Below are positions 17,912 through 26,252 of a stretch of 37,911 nt of DNA, piece by piece (within the stretch, counting starts at the first letter, position 1; every line of letters starts with the position of its first letter). Both the position numbers and the translations under genes were made by a program. The stretch is taken from IMG/VR virus record IMGVR_UViG_3300006872_000016, positions 1 to 37,911 of that record; one strand, given 5' to 3'. This stretch comes from a virus (taxonomy: Duplodnaviria; Caudoviricetes). The notes under the pieces are model-generated. The model had not been told where the DNA came from, searched no databases, and saw only the letters and a program-made list of their open reading frames with translations.

Positions 17912-18771
17912 ACGGCACCAGCATGCAGCCGGCGGTCGCGCCGGCGCCCGACGCGGCCCAGCAGATCAAGCCGCATATCAACGCCGCGGCGCTCGAGTGG
18001 GTCGGCCGCGCCCGGCAGTGGGTCGAGCGCGCGAAGGCGGCCGGCCCCATCACCACGGCCGAGGAGCATGAGCGGGCGCTCACCGCGCGCAAGATGATCG
18101 GCGAGGGCGGCCGCCAGATCGAGACCATACGCAAAGAGCACACCGCGCCCTATCGCGCGGCGGTCGAGGCGGTCAATGACTTTTTCCGCGGCCCGGCCGA
18201 GGACGTCGCCAAGGCGGCGCAGATCCAGGGCGACCGGATCAAGGCGTTCGAGAAGGCGGAGGCGGAGCGCCGCCGGCTGGCCGAGGAGCAGGCCAGGCGG
18301 GAGCGCGAGGCGGAGGCGCGCCGGCTGCGCGAGGAGGAGGCCCGCATCGCCCGGGAGCGCGAGGCGGCGGAGCGCGAGGCGCTCGAGCGCGCCCAAGCTC
18401 TCGAGGCCGCCGGCCGCGTCGATGAGGCCGACGAGGTGCTCGAGGAGGCGCAGCAGCAGCTCGGCGAGCTCGAGGCCGCGCAGGCCGCGGTCGCCACGGA
18501 GGCGGAGCTCGTCGCCACGGCGCCCGTCGTCGCCGTCCCGCAGCTGTCCACCGGCGGGCTGCGCCGCACGACGCGCTACTCGGCCAAGGTCACCGATCTC
18601 CGCGCGCTGGTGCAGGCGTGGCTGGATCAGAAGGTGCCGGCCGACATGCTCGCCGGCGAGCGCGTGCTCGAGGCAATCACCAAGCAGGCAAGCGGCTACG
18701 CGCGGATGCAGCGCGAGGGCTTCGCCTTCCCCGGCTGCGAGCTCGTGGCCGAAACGAAGATCGAGGGCTGA
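17908..18771 (+). CDS. coiled-coil phage protein
   Basis: IE..RK..TAP......VND.F, a long E/A/R helix, and a C-terminal Y.A.VTD...PG.. pattern common in recombination modules. Confidence 0.75.
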   Translation: MNGTSMQPAVAPAPDAAQQIKPHINAAALEWVGRARQWVERAKAAGPITTAEEHERALTARKMIGEGGRQIETIRKEHTAPYRAAVEAVNDFFRGPAEDVAKAAQIQGDRIKAFEKAEAERRRLAEEQARREREAEARRLREEEARIAREREAAEREALERAQALEAAGRVDEADEVLEEAQQQLGELEAAQAAVATEAELVATAPVVAVPQLSTGGLRRTTRYSAKVTDLRALVQAWLDQKVPADMLAGERVLEAITKQASGYARMQREGFAFPGCELVAETKIEG

Positions 18772-18774
18772 CCC

Positions 18775-19566
18775 ATGCGACTGTTCCCCCTGGACACCGA
18801 AACAACCGCGGCCAGCCCCGGCGGCCGCATCGTCGAGATCGCGATCGGCCGCGTCGGCGCCAACGAGCCGGCGCCGTTCGTGCGCCGCGTGAATCCCGGC
18901 ATGCCGATCCCGGAGCCGGTCACCCGGATCCACGGCATCGCCGACGCGGACGTCGCCGACGCGCCCGGCACCCGCGAGGCGCTGCTCGCCGCGGTCGACT
19001 ACCTGATCGAGCAGGCGCCCGACGGGCTGCTTATCCACAATGCCGGCTTCGACTGCCGCGTCGTGCAGTGGGAGTGCGACCGCGTCGGCGTCGACTGGCC
19101 GCAGGAGATCCCGGTGTTCTGCACGCTCGAGCACGCGCAGGCGCGCGCCGAGACCAAGAACAACCGGCTCGAGACCCTGGCCGACCACTACGGGCTCGCG
19201 ACGCCCTGGCCGTCACACTCGGCGATGGGCGACTGCCACCTAGTGCAACAGTACGCCGAGCTCCTCGGCGTCGAGCGCGGCCAGCCGCGGCCCTGGCGCG
19301 AGTGGGTCGCGACCGCCCGCGGCGGGCGCTACTCGGCGCAGCTGCCGGAGGGCTTCGAGGCCTTCCCCGATCTGGTGGCGGCCGGCGGCCGGTTCTCGTT
19401 CGACTACCGCGACGAGCGCGGCAAGGAAACCCGGCGGACCATCATCCCGGCCGGCTGGGCGGACTGCGGCGGCTTCCTGAGCTTTCACGGCTTCTGTCTG
19501 CTCCGCAACGACATGCGCGAGTTCAGATCCGATCGCGTGGTTGCCGTTCAGTCGGTGGCGTTCTAG
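18775..19566 (+). CDS. DEDDh 3'-5' exonuclease fused to a C-terminal WYL domain
   Basis: LDTETT, IHGI, HNAGFD, CTL, HSAMGD, then FDYRDERGKETRRTIIP...GFCLLRNDMREFRSDRV. Confidence 0.88.
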   Translation: MRLFPLDTETTAASPGGRIVEIAIGRVGANEPAPFVRRVNPGMPIPEPVTRIHGIADADVADAPGTREALLAAVDYLIEQAPDGLLIHNAGFDCRVVQWECDRVGVDWPQEIPVFCTLEHAQARAETKNNRLETLADHYGLATPWPSHSAMGDCHLVQQYAELLGVERGQPRPWREWVATARGGRYSAQLPEGFEAFPDLVAAGGRFSFDYRDERGKETRRTIIPAGWADCGGFLSFHGFCLLRNDMREFRSDRVVAVQSVAF

Positions 19567-19569
19567 GCT
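19541..19569 (+). promoter_or_regulatory. promoter for the putative sRNA
   Basis: TTGCCG-N17-TAGGCT; the predicted +1 (~19576) coincides with the start of the stem. Confidence 0.6.
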
Positions 19570-19575
19570 ATGCGG

Positions 19576-19660
19576 CGCCCGACGGCCGGCCACCCTCCTC
19601 GGTGTCTCGGTCTCCAGCCTTCCGGCCGTCGGGCACTACTCCTTTCAGGAGTACTTCTCC
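19576..19660 (+). ncRNA. putative trans-acting anti-Shine-Dalgarno small RNA
   Basis: Perfect 13-bp stem (19577-19589/19622-19634) around a 32-nt pyrimidine-rich loop containing CTCCTC and TCTCGGTCTCCAGCC; second hairpin TACTCCT-TTC-AGGAGTA. Confidence 0.65.
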
Positions 19661-19661
19661 C

Positions 19662-19952
19662 ATGAGACATTCCCTCAAGACGATGATCGCGGCGCTGCTC
19701 GGCGCCGCTTCCGTGCAGCCTGTGATCGGGCCGACCCAAACCGCCACCCGCGCGCCGGTGCAGCAGCATCCGATCCAGACGCCGCCCGCGGACCGCGCCC
19801 CGAGCGGCCGCGCCGCCGACCGCCGGCGCCGCCAGGGTCGCGCCGGTGGCGGCGGCCCCTGGCACGCTCGCCACGGCGCCGAGATCGGCGACCCGCGGTG
19901 TGGGTGCTCGCAGTGCGTCCGCGCCAGGCGGGAGGCGCTGCATGCCAGGTAA
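19662..19952 (+). CDS. hypothetical protein with signal-like N-terminus and HxxH/CxCxxC tail
   Basis: AGGAG SD (inside a hairpin); MRHSLKTMIAALLGAA...HARH...CGCSQC. Confidence 0.55.
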   Translation: MRHSLKTMIAALLGAASVQPVIGPTQTATRAPVQQHPIQTPPADRAPSGRAADRRRRQGRAGGGGPWHARHGAEIGDPRCGCSQCVRARREALHAR

Positions 19953-20154
19953 CCCGGTCGCGGTCGCGCAGCGCGCCCAGCTGCGCGCCGAGCTCAAGCA
20001 GGCGATCCGCGACGCCTGCCGCTCGCGCAAGGATTCCCGCGCCCACTATGAGGCGGCGCTCGAGGAAACCATGGCCGAGCCGGCCGACACCTGGCCGTGG
20101 TGGCTGGAGTACTGGCGCGGCCAGTACCGATCGGTGCGGGTGCACGTGTCGTGA
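19942..20154 (+). CDS. hypothetical protein
   Basis: GGAGG SD; GTGA coupling to the next gene. Confidence 0.6.
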   Translation: MPGNPVAVAQRAQLRAELKQAIRDACRSRKDSRAHYEAALEETMAEPADTWPWWLEYWRGQYRSVRVHVS

Positions 20155-20354
20155 ACCGGCGCCGCGACGGCAAGAAGTACTCCCGGGCCGAGCGCCAGCT
20201 CCGCGCGCAGGCGCGCACCCTGGCCGAGTTCGTCGCCCGGTCCCGCCTGGTGCGCGAGCTCGGCGGCCGTCCGGCCGGCCACCCGCAGCGCGGCCGCCCC
20301 GTCCCGTGGGATCGGCTGATCGCCGAGTCCGGGCTCGAGAGGCGCCCCGAGTGA
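20151..20354 (+). CDS. hypothetical basic protein
   Basis: GTGA overlaps at both ends. Confidence 0.5.
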   Translation: MNRRRDGKKYSRAERQLRAQARTLAEFVARSRLVRELGGRPAGHPQRGRPVPWDRLIAESGLERRPE

Positions 20355-20689
20355 ACCGCCGATCGTTCCTGCGCTCGATGGTGGCGGCGCTCACCGTCGG
20401 CCCGCCGGCGGTCGCCGCTCTCGCCCGCGCCATCGACTTTTCGCCGGGCGAGCTCGACGCGATATGCGCCGGGATCACCGAAAGGATCGAGCGCCGCGCC
20501 ACGCCCGTCGGCTCCTGGGTGGTCGTGTACACCTTCGAGACGCCGATCGATTCTGCGTGCTACGCGGAGATTTTCGACGAGCAACCGACCGACGCGACGC
20601 TCGCCAAGCTGCGCCTGACAGCTGCGGCCGCATTCCAGCGTTACCAATTCATCGACCCGCCCGCGTTTCTCTCGAGGCCGCGAACGTGA
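20351..20689 (+). CDS. hypothetical protein with twin-arginine-like signal
   Basis: MNRRSFLRSMVAALTVGPPAVAALA; GTGA overlaps. Confidence 0.6.
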   Translation: MNRRSFLRSMVAALTVGPPAVAALARAIDFSPGELDAICAGITERIERRATPVGSWVVVYTFETPIDSACYAEIFDEQPTDATLAKLRLTAAAAFQRYQFIDPPAFLSRPRT

Positions 20690-20898
20690 AGCGCCGGTCC
20701 CGCGCCCGCCGCTGGCGTAGAAGCCGCCGGCCCCTGTGGCGGGTCTACCTCGATCCGCAGTACTGGCGCTCCCTCGCGGACTACGTGATCGGCGATCCGC
20801 TCGAGCTCGAGCCTGGCGAGGCGGACGTCGCGCCGACGTTCACCGGCGAGATCGGCGTGTTCCGCGGCTTTCGCTTCCGCCCCCTCGAAAGGGGGTAA
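20686..20898 (+). CDS. hypothetical protein with capsid-like GEIG..GFRF motif
   Basis: GTGA overlap; last gene before the late promoter. Confidence 0.5.
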   Translation: MKRRSRARRWRRSRRPLWRVYLDPQYWRSLADYVIGDPLELEPGEADVAPTFTGEIGVFRGFRFRPLERG

Positions 20899-20979
20899 GA
20901 ATCCCTCAATTCACCGATCGCGCGATTGATTGATTCGCGAGATCGGTGCGTCGCGCGCGCGCGCGCGTTTGCCCCTGGC

Positions 20980-21009
20980 TTGACCGGCCCGCCGGTGCGG
21001 TCGCATGCT
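20980..21009 (+). promoter_or_regulatory. probable late promoter
   Basis: TTGACC-N18-CATGCT ahead of the structural operon, followed by GAGAGG SD and ATG 21039. Confidence 0.5.
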
Positions 21010-21038
21010 GTCGCGGACTCCAACCGAGAGGCCGCCCC

Positions 21039-21594
21039 ATGTCGAAGTCTGATCCGCGCAGTGCAGGTGCCAGGCGCCGACGCGCCAAAGCTCCCCGAGC
21101 TCGAGCTCAACAATACCGATCTCGACCCCAACGAGATCGCCGCGCAGCAGGAGGCCCGCGTCGCCACGATGCACGCGCAGGAGCTCCTCGCGTCCGGCAA
21201 GGTCGACGAGGCGCTCGCGGTCATGAAGGACGCGGCGACCGTAACGCAGGCGCTCCGGGCCGAGGCGCCGGCGATGGTGGACGAGGCGCCGCGCGCCGCG
21301 TCGATCTATGGCGACGAGGTCGAGCGCGTCAGCATGCCGGCGATCCGCCGCAATACCGACGTCGACAAGTACGGCCCCGAGGTCTCGCACCCGGTCGGCA
21401 CCCGCCTGGACGCCGACTATCAGCCGTGCACCGGCGCGGCCGAGGCCTGGTATTACGTCGGCAATCTCCTGATCAAGGGCCGCGGCTGGCTGATCAACCG
21501 ACCGATCCCGATCGAGGGCGGCCCGGCCGACCCGCGCGTGATCGAGGAGCGCGCCCGCCAGGCGGCCGCGCAGCAGCAGGAGGCGGCAGCATGA
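21039..21594 (+). CDS. hypothetical protein, first late gene (apparent frameshift near 21060)
   Basis: The SD-linked ATG 21039 (MSKSDPR) is out of frame with the protein-like body VQVPGADAPKLPELEL... Confidence 0.55.
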
Positions 21595-22037
21595 GCCAGA
21601 TCGCCCCGACCGTCGGCCGCGTCGTTCTGTTCCGCCCGCGCCCGGGCGTAGAAGGCGAGGAGCGCCCAACCCTGGCCGCCCTGGTGGCGCACGTGCTCGG
21701 CGACGACTGCGTCGTCCTGTCCGTGATCGACGCCAACGGCAACGCGCGCGGCTCCGGCCCCGTGTATCACCGCGACGCCGGCGTCCTGCGCCTGGTCGAA
21801 GGGGAGGGCGCCGAGGAGGTGCCGCTCGAGGAGCGCGACTTCTGGGAGTGGATGCCCTACCAGCTCGGCCAGGCCGCCAAGACGGAGGACGAGATCGGCC
21901 CGCTCCGCGCGCGGATCGAGGAGCTCGAGACCAAGGTCGCCCAGGCGCCGACCGTCGCCGAGGCCAGCAAGAAGGCGATCGCCGCCGAGGTCGACCGCCA
22001 GCTCGACGCCGCGCTCGAGCGCCTCAAGGGCGCCTGA
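21591..22037 (+). CDS. conserved phage protein
   Basis: PTVGRVV...AALVAHV...DANG...WMPYQ.GQAAKTE; GGAGG SD; ATGA overlap. Confidence 0.75.
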   Translation: MSQIAPTVGRVVLFRPRPGVEGEERPTLAALVAHVLGDDCVVLSVIDANGNARGSGPVYHRDAGVLRLVEGEGAEEVPLEERDFWEWMPYQLGQAAKTEDEIGPLRARIEELETKVAQAPTVAEASKKAIAAEVDRQLDAALERLKGA

Positions 22038-22046
22038 TCTCCCGCC

Positions 22047-23102
22047 GTGGCCGCTCGCATCCCGACGATCGTTGTTCCGGGCACCTACAACGCCAAGACG
22101 TTGCCGCTAGGTCGCCCGGACGTCGCCGCCGTGAATTACGGCGTCACGACGCGCAATGTGTCGCGGCGCCTCGAGAAGCTATGGGCGCACCGCGCCGAGA
22201 AGGCGGGCGGCAGCAAGCAGATTTTCGACAAGATCGCGAAGTGGGCCAGCCCCGAGGAGATCCGCCGGCGCGGGGGCAACCCCGCCGATCGGCAGTGGCA
22301 GCTGTGGGGCGAGTACCTGCGGACCGGCAAGATCGACTCGGGGCTGCGGCCGCAGTTGCAGGTCACCGCGCTCGGCCTTGGTCTGTCCGAGACCGCGCGC
22401 CACCAGCAGCACAAAAAGGGGTTTCTAGATACGTTCGTCGGCAAGCTCGTGTCGATCGGCGCGATGGCCGCCACCGCGTGGGTCGGCGGACCGTGGGCCG
22501 CGGCGGCGGTTGGCGGCGGTCTCGGCTGGGTCAAGGATCACTCGCTCCTGGGCGTCGCCACCGGCGCGCTGCAAGGCTACTCAATCGGCCAGGCGACCAT
22601 GTGGGCGCAGAACGGTGGATTTTCCAGCCTGTTCAACCCGGCCAACGGCGCGGGGATCACCGCCACCGGCGGCGGCACCGGCCTGGCAAACTTCCTGACC
22701 AACGTCGGCACGCAGATCGGCGGCAATATCGGCGCGGGCACGCTGCTTGGCGGCGCGATCACCGCGGCCGGCCTGGTGGCGGGCGGCGGGCGCGGGGGCG
22801 GGCGCACGGGCGGCGGTCGCGGTCTGCTCGGCAACGGTCCGGCGGTCTCGCCGCAGGACGTGATCGACGCGGCCGGCAACGACATCGACAAGCAGCGCGA
22901 CGCCGTGACGCGGCCCGTCGTGCAGCAGCGCGCGAGCGCCGAAACGCTCGAGGCGCGCAGCGCGCGCCGCATGTCTCTGCTCGCCACCGGCGCCCACACC
23001 GGCGCCGGTGACCCGCGGCGCGTGTCCAACTTCAAGCCCAAGGCGCGCCCGATTGACACGCCGAGCGGGCGAATCGCGATCCCGGTGGCGAGGGCGGCTT
23101 GA
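22047..23102 (+). CDS. Gly/Ala-rich putative virion (pilot-like) protein
   Basis: Hydrophobic glycine-rich central region; directly upstream of the portal. Confidence 0.6.
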   Translation: MAARIPTIVVPGTYNAKTLPLGRPDVAAVNYGVTTRNVSRRLEKLWAHRAEKAGGSKQIFDKIAKWASPEEIRRRGGNPADRQWQLWGEYLRTGKIDSGLRPQLQVTALGLGLSETARHQQHKKGFLDTFVGKLVSIGAMAATAWVGGPWAAAAVGGGLGWVKDHSLLGVATGALQGYSIGQATMWAQNGGFSSLFNPANGAGITATGGGTGLANFLTNVGTQIGGNIGAGTLLGGAITAAGLVAGGGRGGGRTGGGRGLLGNGPAVSPQDVIDAAGNDIDKQRDAVTRPVVQQRASAETLEARSARRMSLLATGAHTGAGDPRRVSNFKPKARPIDTPSGRIAIPVARAA

Positions 23103-24739
23103 TGACACCCGACAAGATTTGTGAGCGCCACGCGCGCAACGTATCCGATCGCACCTCGATCGAGTGGGTCTACCGCGACTGCTACGCGATGACCATGCCG
23201 ATCCGCGGCGCGCGGTGGTGGACCGGCGCCGACACGACCAAGGGCTCCGCGGAGCTCTCGCTCGGCAAGGCGCTGCAGGATGCGCTGCTCGACGAGACCG
23301 GCGCCGACGGCGCGCGCATCCTGGCCGCGGGGCTCAAGGATGGCGGCTGCCCCGCGACTTCGCGATGGTTCGGGCTGGACGTCGACGGCGTCGGCGACGG
23401 CGCGCGCCTGTGGCTGGACAAGAGCGCCGATCGACTCTGGCGCCTGATCCACAATTCCAACTTCGACGCCGTCGTGTTCGAGGCGTTCCTCGATGAAGTG
23501 ATCGGCGGGCAGTTCGTGCTTTACGTCGACGAGGATTCCGTCGAGGGCGGTTTCCAGTTCGAACAGTGGCCGACCGCGGATTGCACGTGGGCGCAGTCCC
23601 GGCAGGGCGGCCGCATCGACATGGTGTGGCGCGAGTTCGTGATCACCGCCGAGCAGTGCGTCGCCGATTACCCCGGGCGATGCCCGCAGGCGATCGAGGA
23701 GCTCGCGGCCAAGGAGCCGTCGGCGCCGGTCACGATGCTGCGCTACATCGGCCCGCGCGAGGGCACGCCTGGCCGCTTCGCGCTAAACATGCCTTTCGAG
23801 TCGATCACCCTGATCAAGGAACACAAGCACGTGGTGCGCGAGTCGGGTTACCCGCGCTTCCCGTGCGTGGTCCCGCGGTGGATGACGATCCCGGGCTCGG
23901 TGTTCGCGGTCGGCCCGGCGTACGGCGTGCTCGGCGCCATGCGGCAGCTGAACGAGATCACCCGCATGCAAATGCTCGGCCTCGAGGTGCACGCCGGCGT
24001 CGGCACCTACAAGGCGAAGGACGACGGCGTATTCAACCCGCGCACCGTCAAGCTCGGGTCGCGCCGCGTGATCGTCGTCGGCGACATGGACAACCTGCAG
24101 CCGCTCTCGCAGGCGGGCGATATGCAGGCAACGCTGCTCGACATCGAGCGGCTCCAGAAGGCGATCCGCAAGGGCTTCCTCGCCGACGCGCTCGAGCCGC
24201 AGGACACCGGCGTAAAGACGGCGACCGAGATACAGGTGCGCGTCGACATGATCCGGCAGCAGCTCGGCCCGATGTACGGCCGGCTGCAATCGGAGTTCCT
24301 GATCCCGTTCGTTGAGCTGTGCTTCGCGATGGCGCTCGAGCGCGGCGCGTTCGAGGCGGTGCCGCAGGAGCTCGCGCGCCGGCCGTTCCGGGTCAAGTTC
24401 CTGTCGCCGCTCGCCCGCGCTCAACAGCTGCAGGACGTGGTCGCGATCGATCAGTACGTCACCGGCACCCTGGTCGACGTGCAGATCGACCCGTCCGTCG
24501 CCGACAACGTCGACATGGCCGAGCTCAACCGGATCCGCGCCGAGCGCCTGGGCCTGCCCCGCGAGGGACTGCGCGACCGGGAGAAGGTGCGCCAGCTGCA
24601 GGACGCGCGAGCGCGAGCTCAGGCGCGCCAGCAGGCCGAGGCGCTGCAGGTTACCGCCGCGGGCGCGCAGGACGCCGGGCAACGAAACACGGCCGCCGCT
24701 GCCGCCGGCGCTGCTCGTGGTCGAATGGTCGCGGCGTGA
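23102..24739 (+). CDS. portal (T7-like head-tail connector, BPP-1 Bbp21-like)
   Basis: P..RWF, SNF, RESGY..FP..VPRW, KTATEI..R....QQLGP.YGRLQSEFL.P, SPLARAQ. Confidence 0.95.
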   Translation: MTPDKICERHARNVSDRTSIEWVYRDCYAMTMPIRGARWWTGADTTKGSAELSLGKALQDALLDETGADGARILAAGLKDGGCPATSRWFGLDVDGVGDGARLWLDKSADRLWRLIHNSNFDAVVFEAFLDEVIGGQFVLYVDEDSVEGGFQFEQWPTADCTWAQSRQGGRIDMVWREFVITAEQCVADYPGRCPQAIEELAAKEPSAPVTMLRYIGPREGTPGRFALNMPFESITLIKEHKHVVRESGYPRFPCVVPRWMTIPGSVFAVGPAYGVLGAMRQLNEITRMQMLGLEVHAGVGTYKAKDDGVFNPRTVKLGSRRVIVVGDMDNLQPLSQAGDMQATLLDIERLQKAIRKGFLADALEPQDTGVKTATEIQVRVDMIRQQLGPMYGRLQSEFLIPFVELCFAMALERGAFEAVPQELARRPFRVKFLSPLARAQQLQDVVAIDQYVTGTLVDVQIDPSVADNVDMAELNRIRAERLGLPREGLRDREKVRQLQDARARAQARQQAEALQVTAAGAQDAGQRNTAAAAAGAARGRMVAA

Positions 24740-24749
24740 GGATCTCAGC

Positions 24750-25592
24750 ATGACCGATCGCGATACCGTCTCCACCGGACTCGCCACGCTGACCGCTAAC
24801 GGGTGGGTTATCGTGCCGGGCGCGGCCGGCGGCGCCGGCAAGCAGCGCGTGCGGTTCACTGGGTCGGGCACCTTCATCGTGCCGGCCGGGGTTTACGAGT
24901 TGCTGTTCTCTGGCAACGGCCCGGGCGGCGGCGGTGGTGGTGGGCACACGGCGGACCCGGGCGGCGGCGGCGGCGGGGGTGCGCCGGGCTGGCCGTTCGA
25001 AAATGTCCCCATGAAGGTGCTGCCGGGCGAGGTGCTCACGATCACCATGGGCGCGTTCGGCCCGGGCGGCGCCCCGGGATCGAATGGGTCGGCGGGCGGG
25101 TCTCTCACCGTCGCCGGCGGCTCCCTGTGGCCGTTCTCGTTCCGCGCGCAATCCGGCTCGCCCGGCCTGGCGGGCGCGGCGGGCGTCGGCGGCAATGGCG
25201 GCGCGGTGTCGTCCCTGATCACGGCGCCGAGCGGCGGCGCCGGCGTCGGCGGCGGGTCGATCGGCTCGACTGCGATCACGTTCAGAGGTCAAAACCTGTT
25301 CGTGTCCACGGGTGCGGCGGGCGGTGGTCCGTCCAACGCCGGCGGCCCCGGCACACCGCGCGTTTTCGGGCCGTTCTCGACGCCGGCCGGCGGCGCGGCG
25401 ACCGGCACGCAAGGCGGCGGCGGCGCGTCCGGCACCAGCCCCAACGCGATCGGCGTGGCCGGTGGTGCCGGCGGGTCGCCTGGGCTGACTAACCCGTACC
25501 CCGGGGGTGGCGGTTCTGGCGGCGGCGCGCTAGCCGCGGGCGGGGACGGCGCGCCCGGCTTCCTCGACATTGAATGGGTTCTCGGCGCATAA
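24750..25592 (+). CDS. glycine-rich fibre-like virion protein
   Basis: FTGSGTFIVPAGV...GPGGGGGGG...GGDGAPGFL.IEW, typical of the phage Gly-rich domain. Confidence 0.75.
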   Translation: MTDRDTVSTGLATLTANGWVIVPGAAGGAGKQRVRFTGSGTFIVPAGVYELLFSGNGPGGGGGGGHTADPGGGGGGGAPGWPFENVPMKVLPGEVLTITMGAFGPGGAPGSNGSAGGSLTVAGGSLWPFSFRAQSGSPGLAGAAGVGGNGGAVSSLITAPSGGAGVGGGSIGSTAITFRGQNLFVSTGAAGGGPSNAGGPGTPRVFGPFSTPAGGAATGTQGGGGASGTSPNAIGVAGGAGGSPGLTNPYPGGGGSGGGALAAGGDGAPGFLDIEWVLGA

Positions 25593-25603
25593 GGAGCGGA
25601 GAA

Positions 25604-26005
25604 ATGGCAACTCGAACCGTATTCACTGACGCGGCCGGCGTCGTGCAGCTGGTGGTCATGATCTCCGACGAGCGCCTCGAGGGCCCGGCGCGGCAGCTGT
25701 CCGCCGAGGAGGTTTGCGAGCAGTTCGGGTTCGCCGCCTACTTCCCGACGCCGGCGGACGGCGACCGGCGCCTGTTGTTCCTCGAGGTGGGCGACACCGT
25801 CCCGATCCAGGCATCGCCGGGCACCGCCCGCGCGACTCCCGTGGCCGCCGGCCTGGTCAAGGCGACACCGGCCCAGCGCGAGGCGCTCGACAAGGTCGAT
25901 CGCGCGCTCGACGTGGCGCGCGGCCAGGTGGTCGAGATCGACGTCGAGGCGGCGCCAAAGCTCCTCGAGCTCGCGGCGGCCGAGGCCGTGGTCGATGGCG
26001 GCTGA
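25604..26005 (+). CDS. hypothetical protein (possible fibre chaperone)
   Basis: AAGGAG/GGAG SD; follows the Gly-rich gene. Confidence 0.6.
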   Translation: MATRTVFTDAAGVVQLVVMISDERLEGPARQLSAEEVCEQFGFAAYFPTPADGDRRLLFLEVGDTVPIQASPGTARATPVAAGLVKATPAQREALDKVDRALDVARGQVVEIDVEAAPKLLELAAAEAVVDGG

Positions 26006-26252
26006 CGAGCGCGAGCCCGTCGACCCGCGCGCCTACTCGCGGATCTTCGAGGGCAACCCGGACGGCGTCGCGATCCTCGAGGAGCTCTCGCGCGTGTTCG
26101 CGGGTGACCCGTGGGTCGGCGGAGGGGTCGACGGCGCGCGCGCTACCGATCGCAACCTGGGCAGCCTGCGGGTGCTGAATTTCATCGTGAACAAGATCAA
26201 CCTCGCCGCCGGCCTCGAGCCGTGGGGCGAGCAGGAGGAGGCGAAGCCATGA
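25995..26252 (+). CDS. Bbp19-like conserved protein
   Basis: Y.RIF....G..ILEEL...F...T..N.G...V..FI; usual position between portal and scaffold. Confidence 0.75.
   Translation: MAADEREPVDPRAYSRIFEGNPDGVAILEELSRVFAGDPWVGGGVDGARATDRNLGSLRVLNFIVNKINLAAGLEPWGEQEEAKP

Noticed and set aside
19240-19593. Minus-strand ORF that could explain the GGAGACCGAG motif at 19605-19617 as its own RBS
   Set aside because: It is antisense to the exonuclease and not protein-like, and the SD-like sequences are either adjacent to or ~20 nt from the GTG.
24900-25560. GGC-rich repeats
   Set aside because: They are the glycine codons of the Gly-rich protein.
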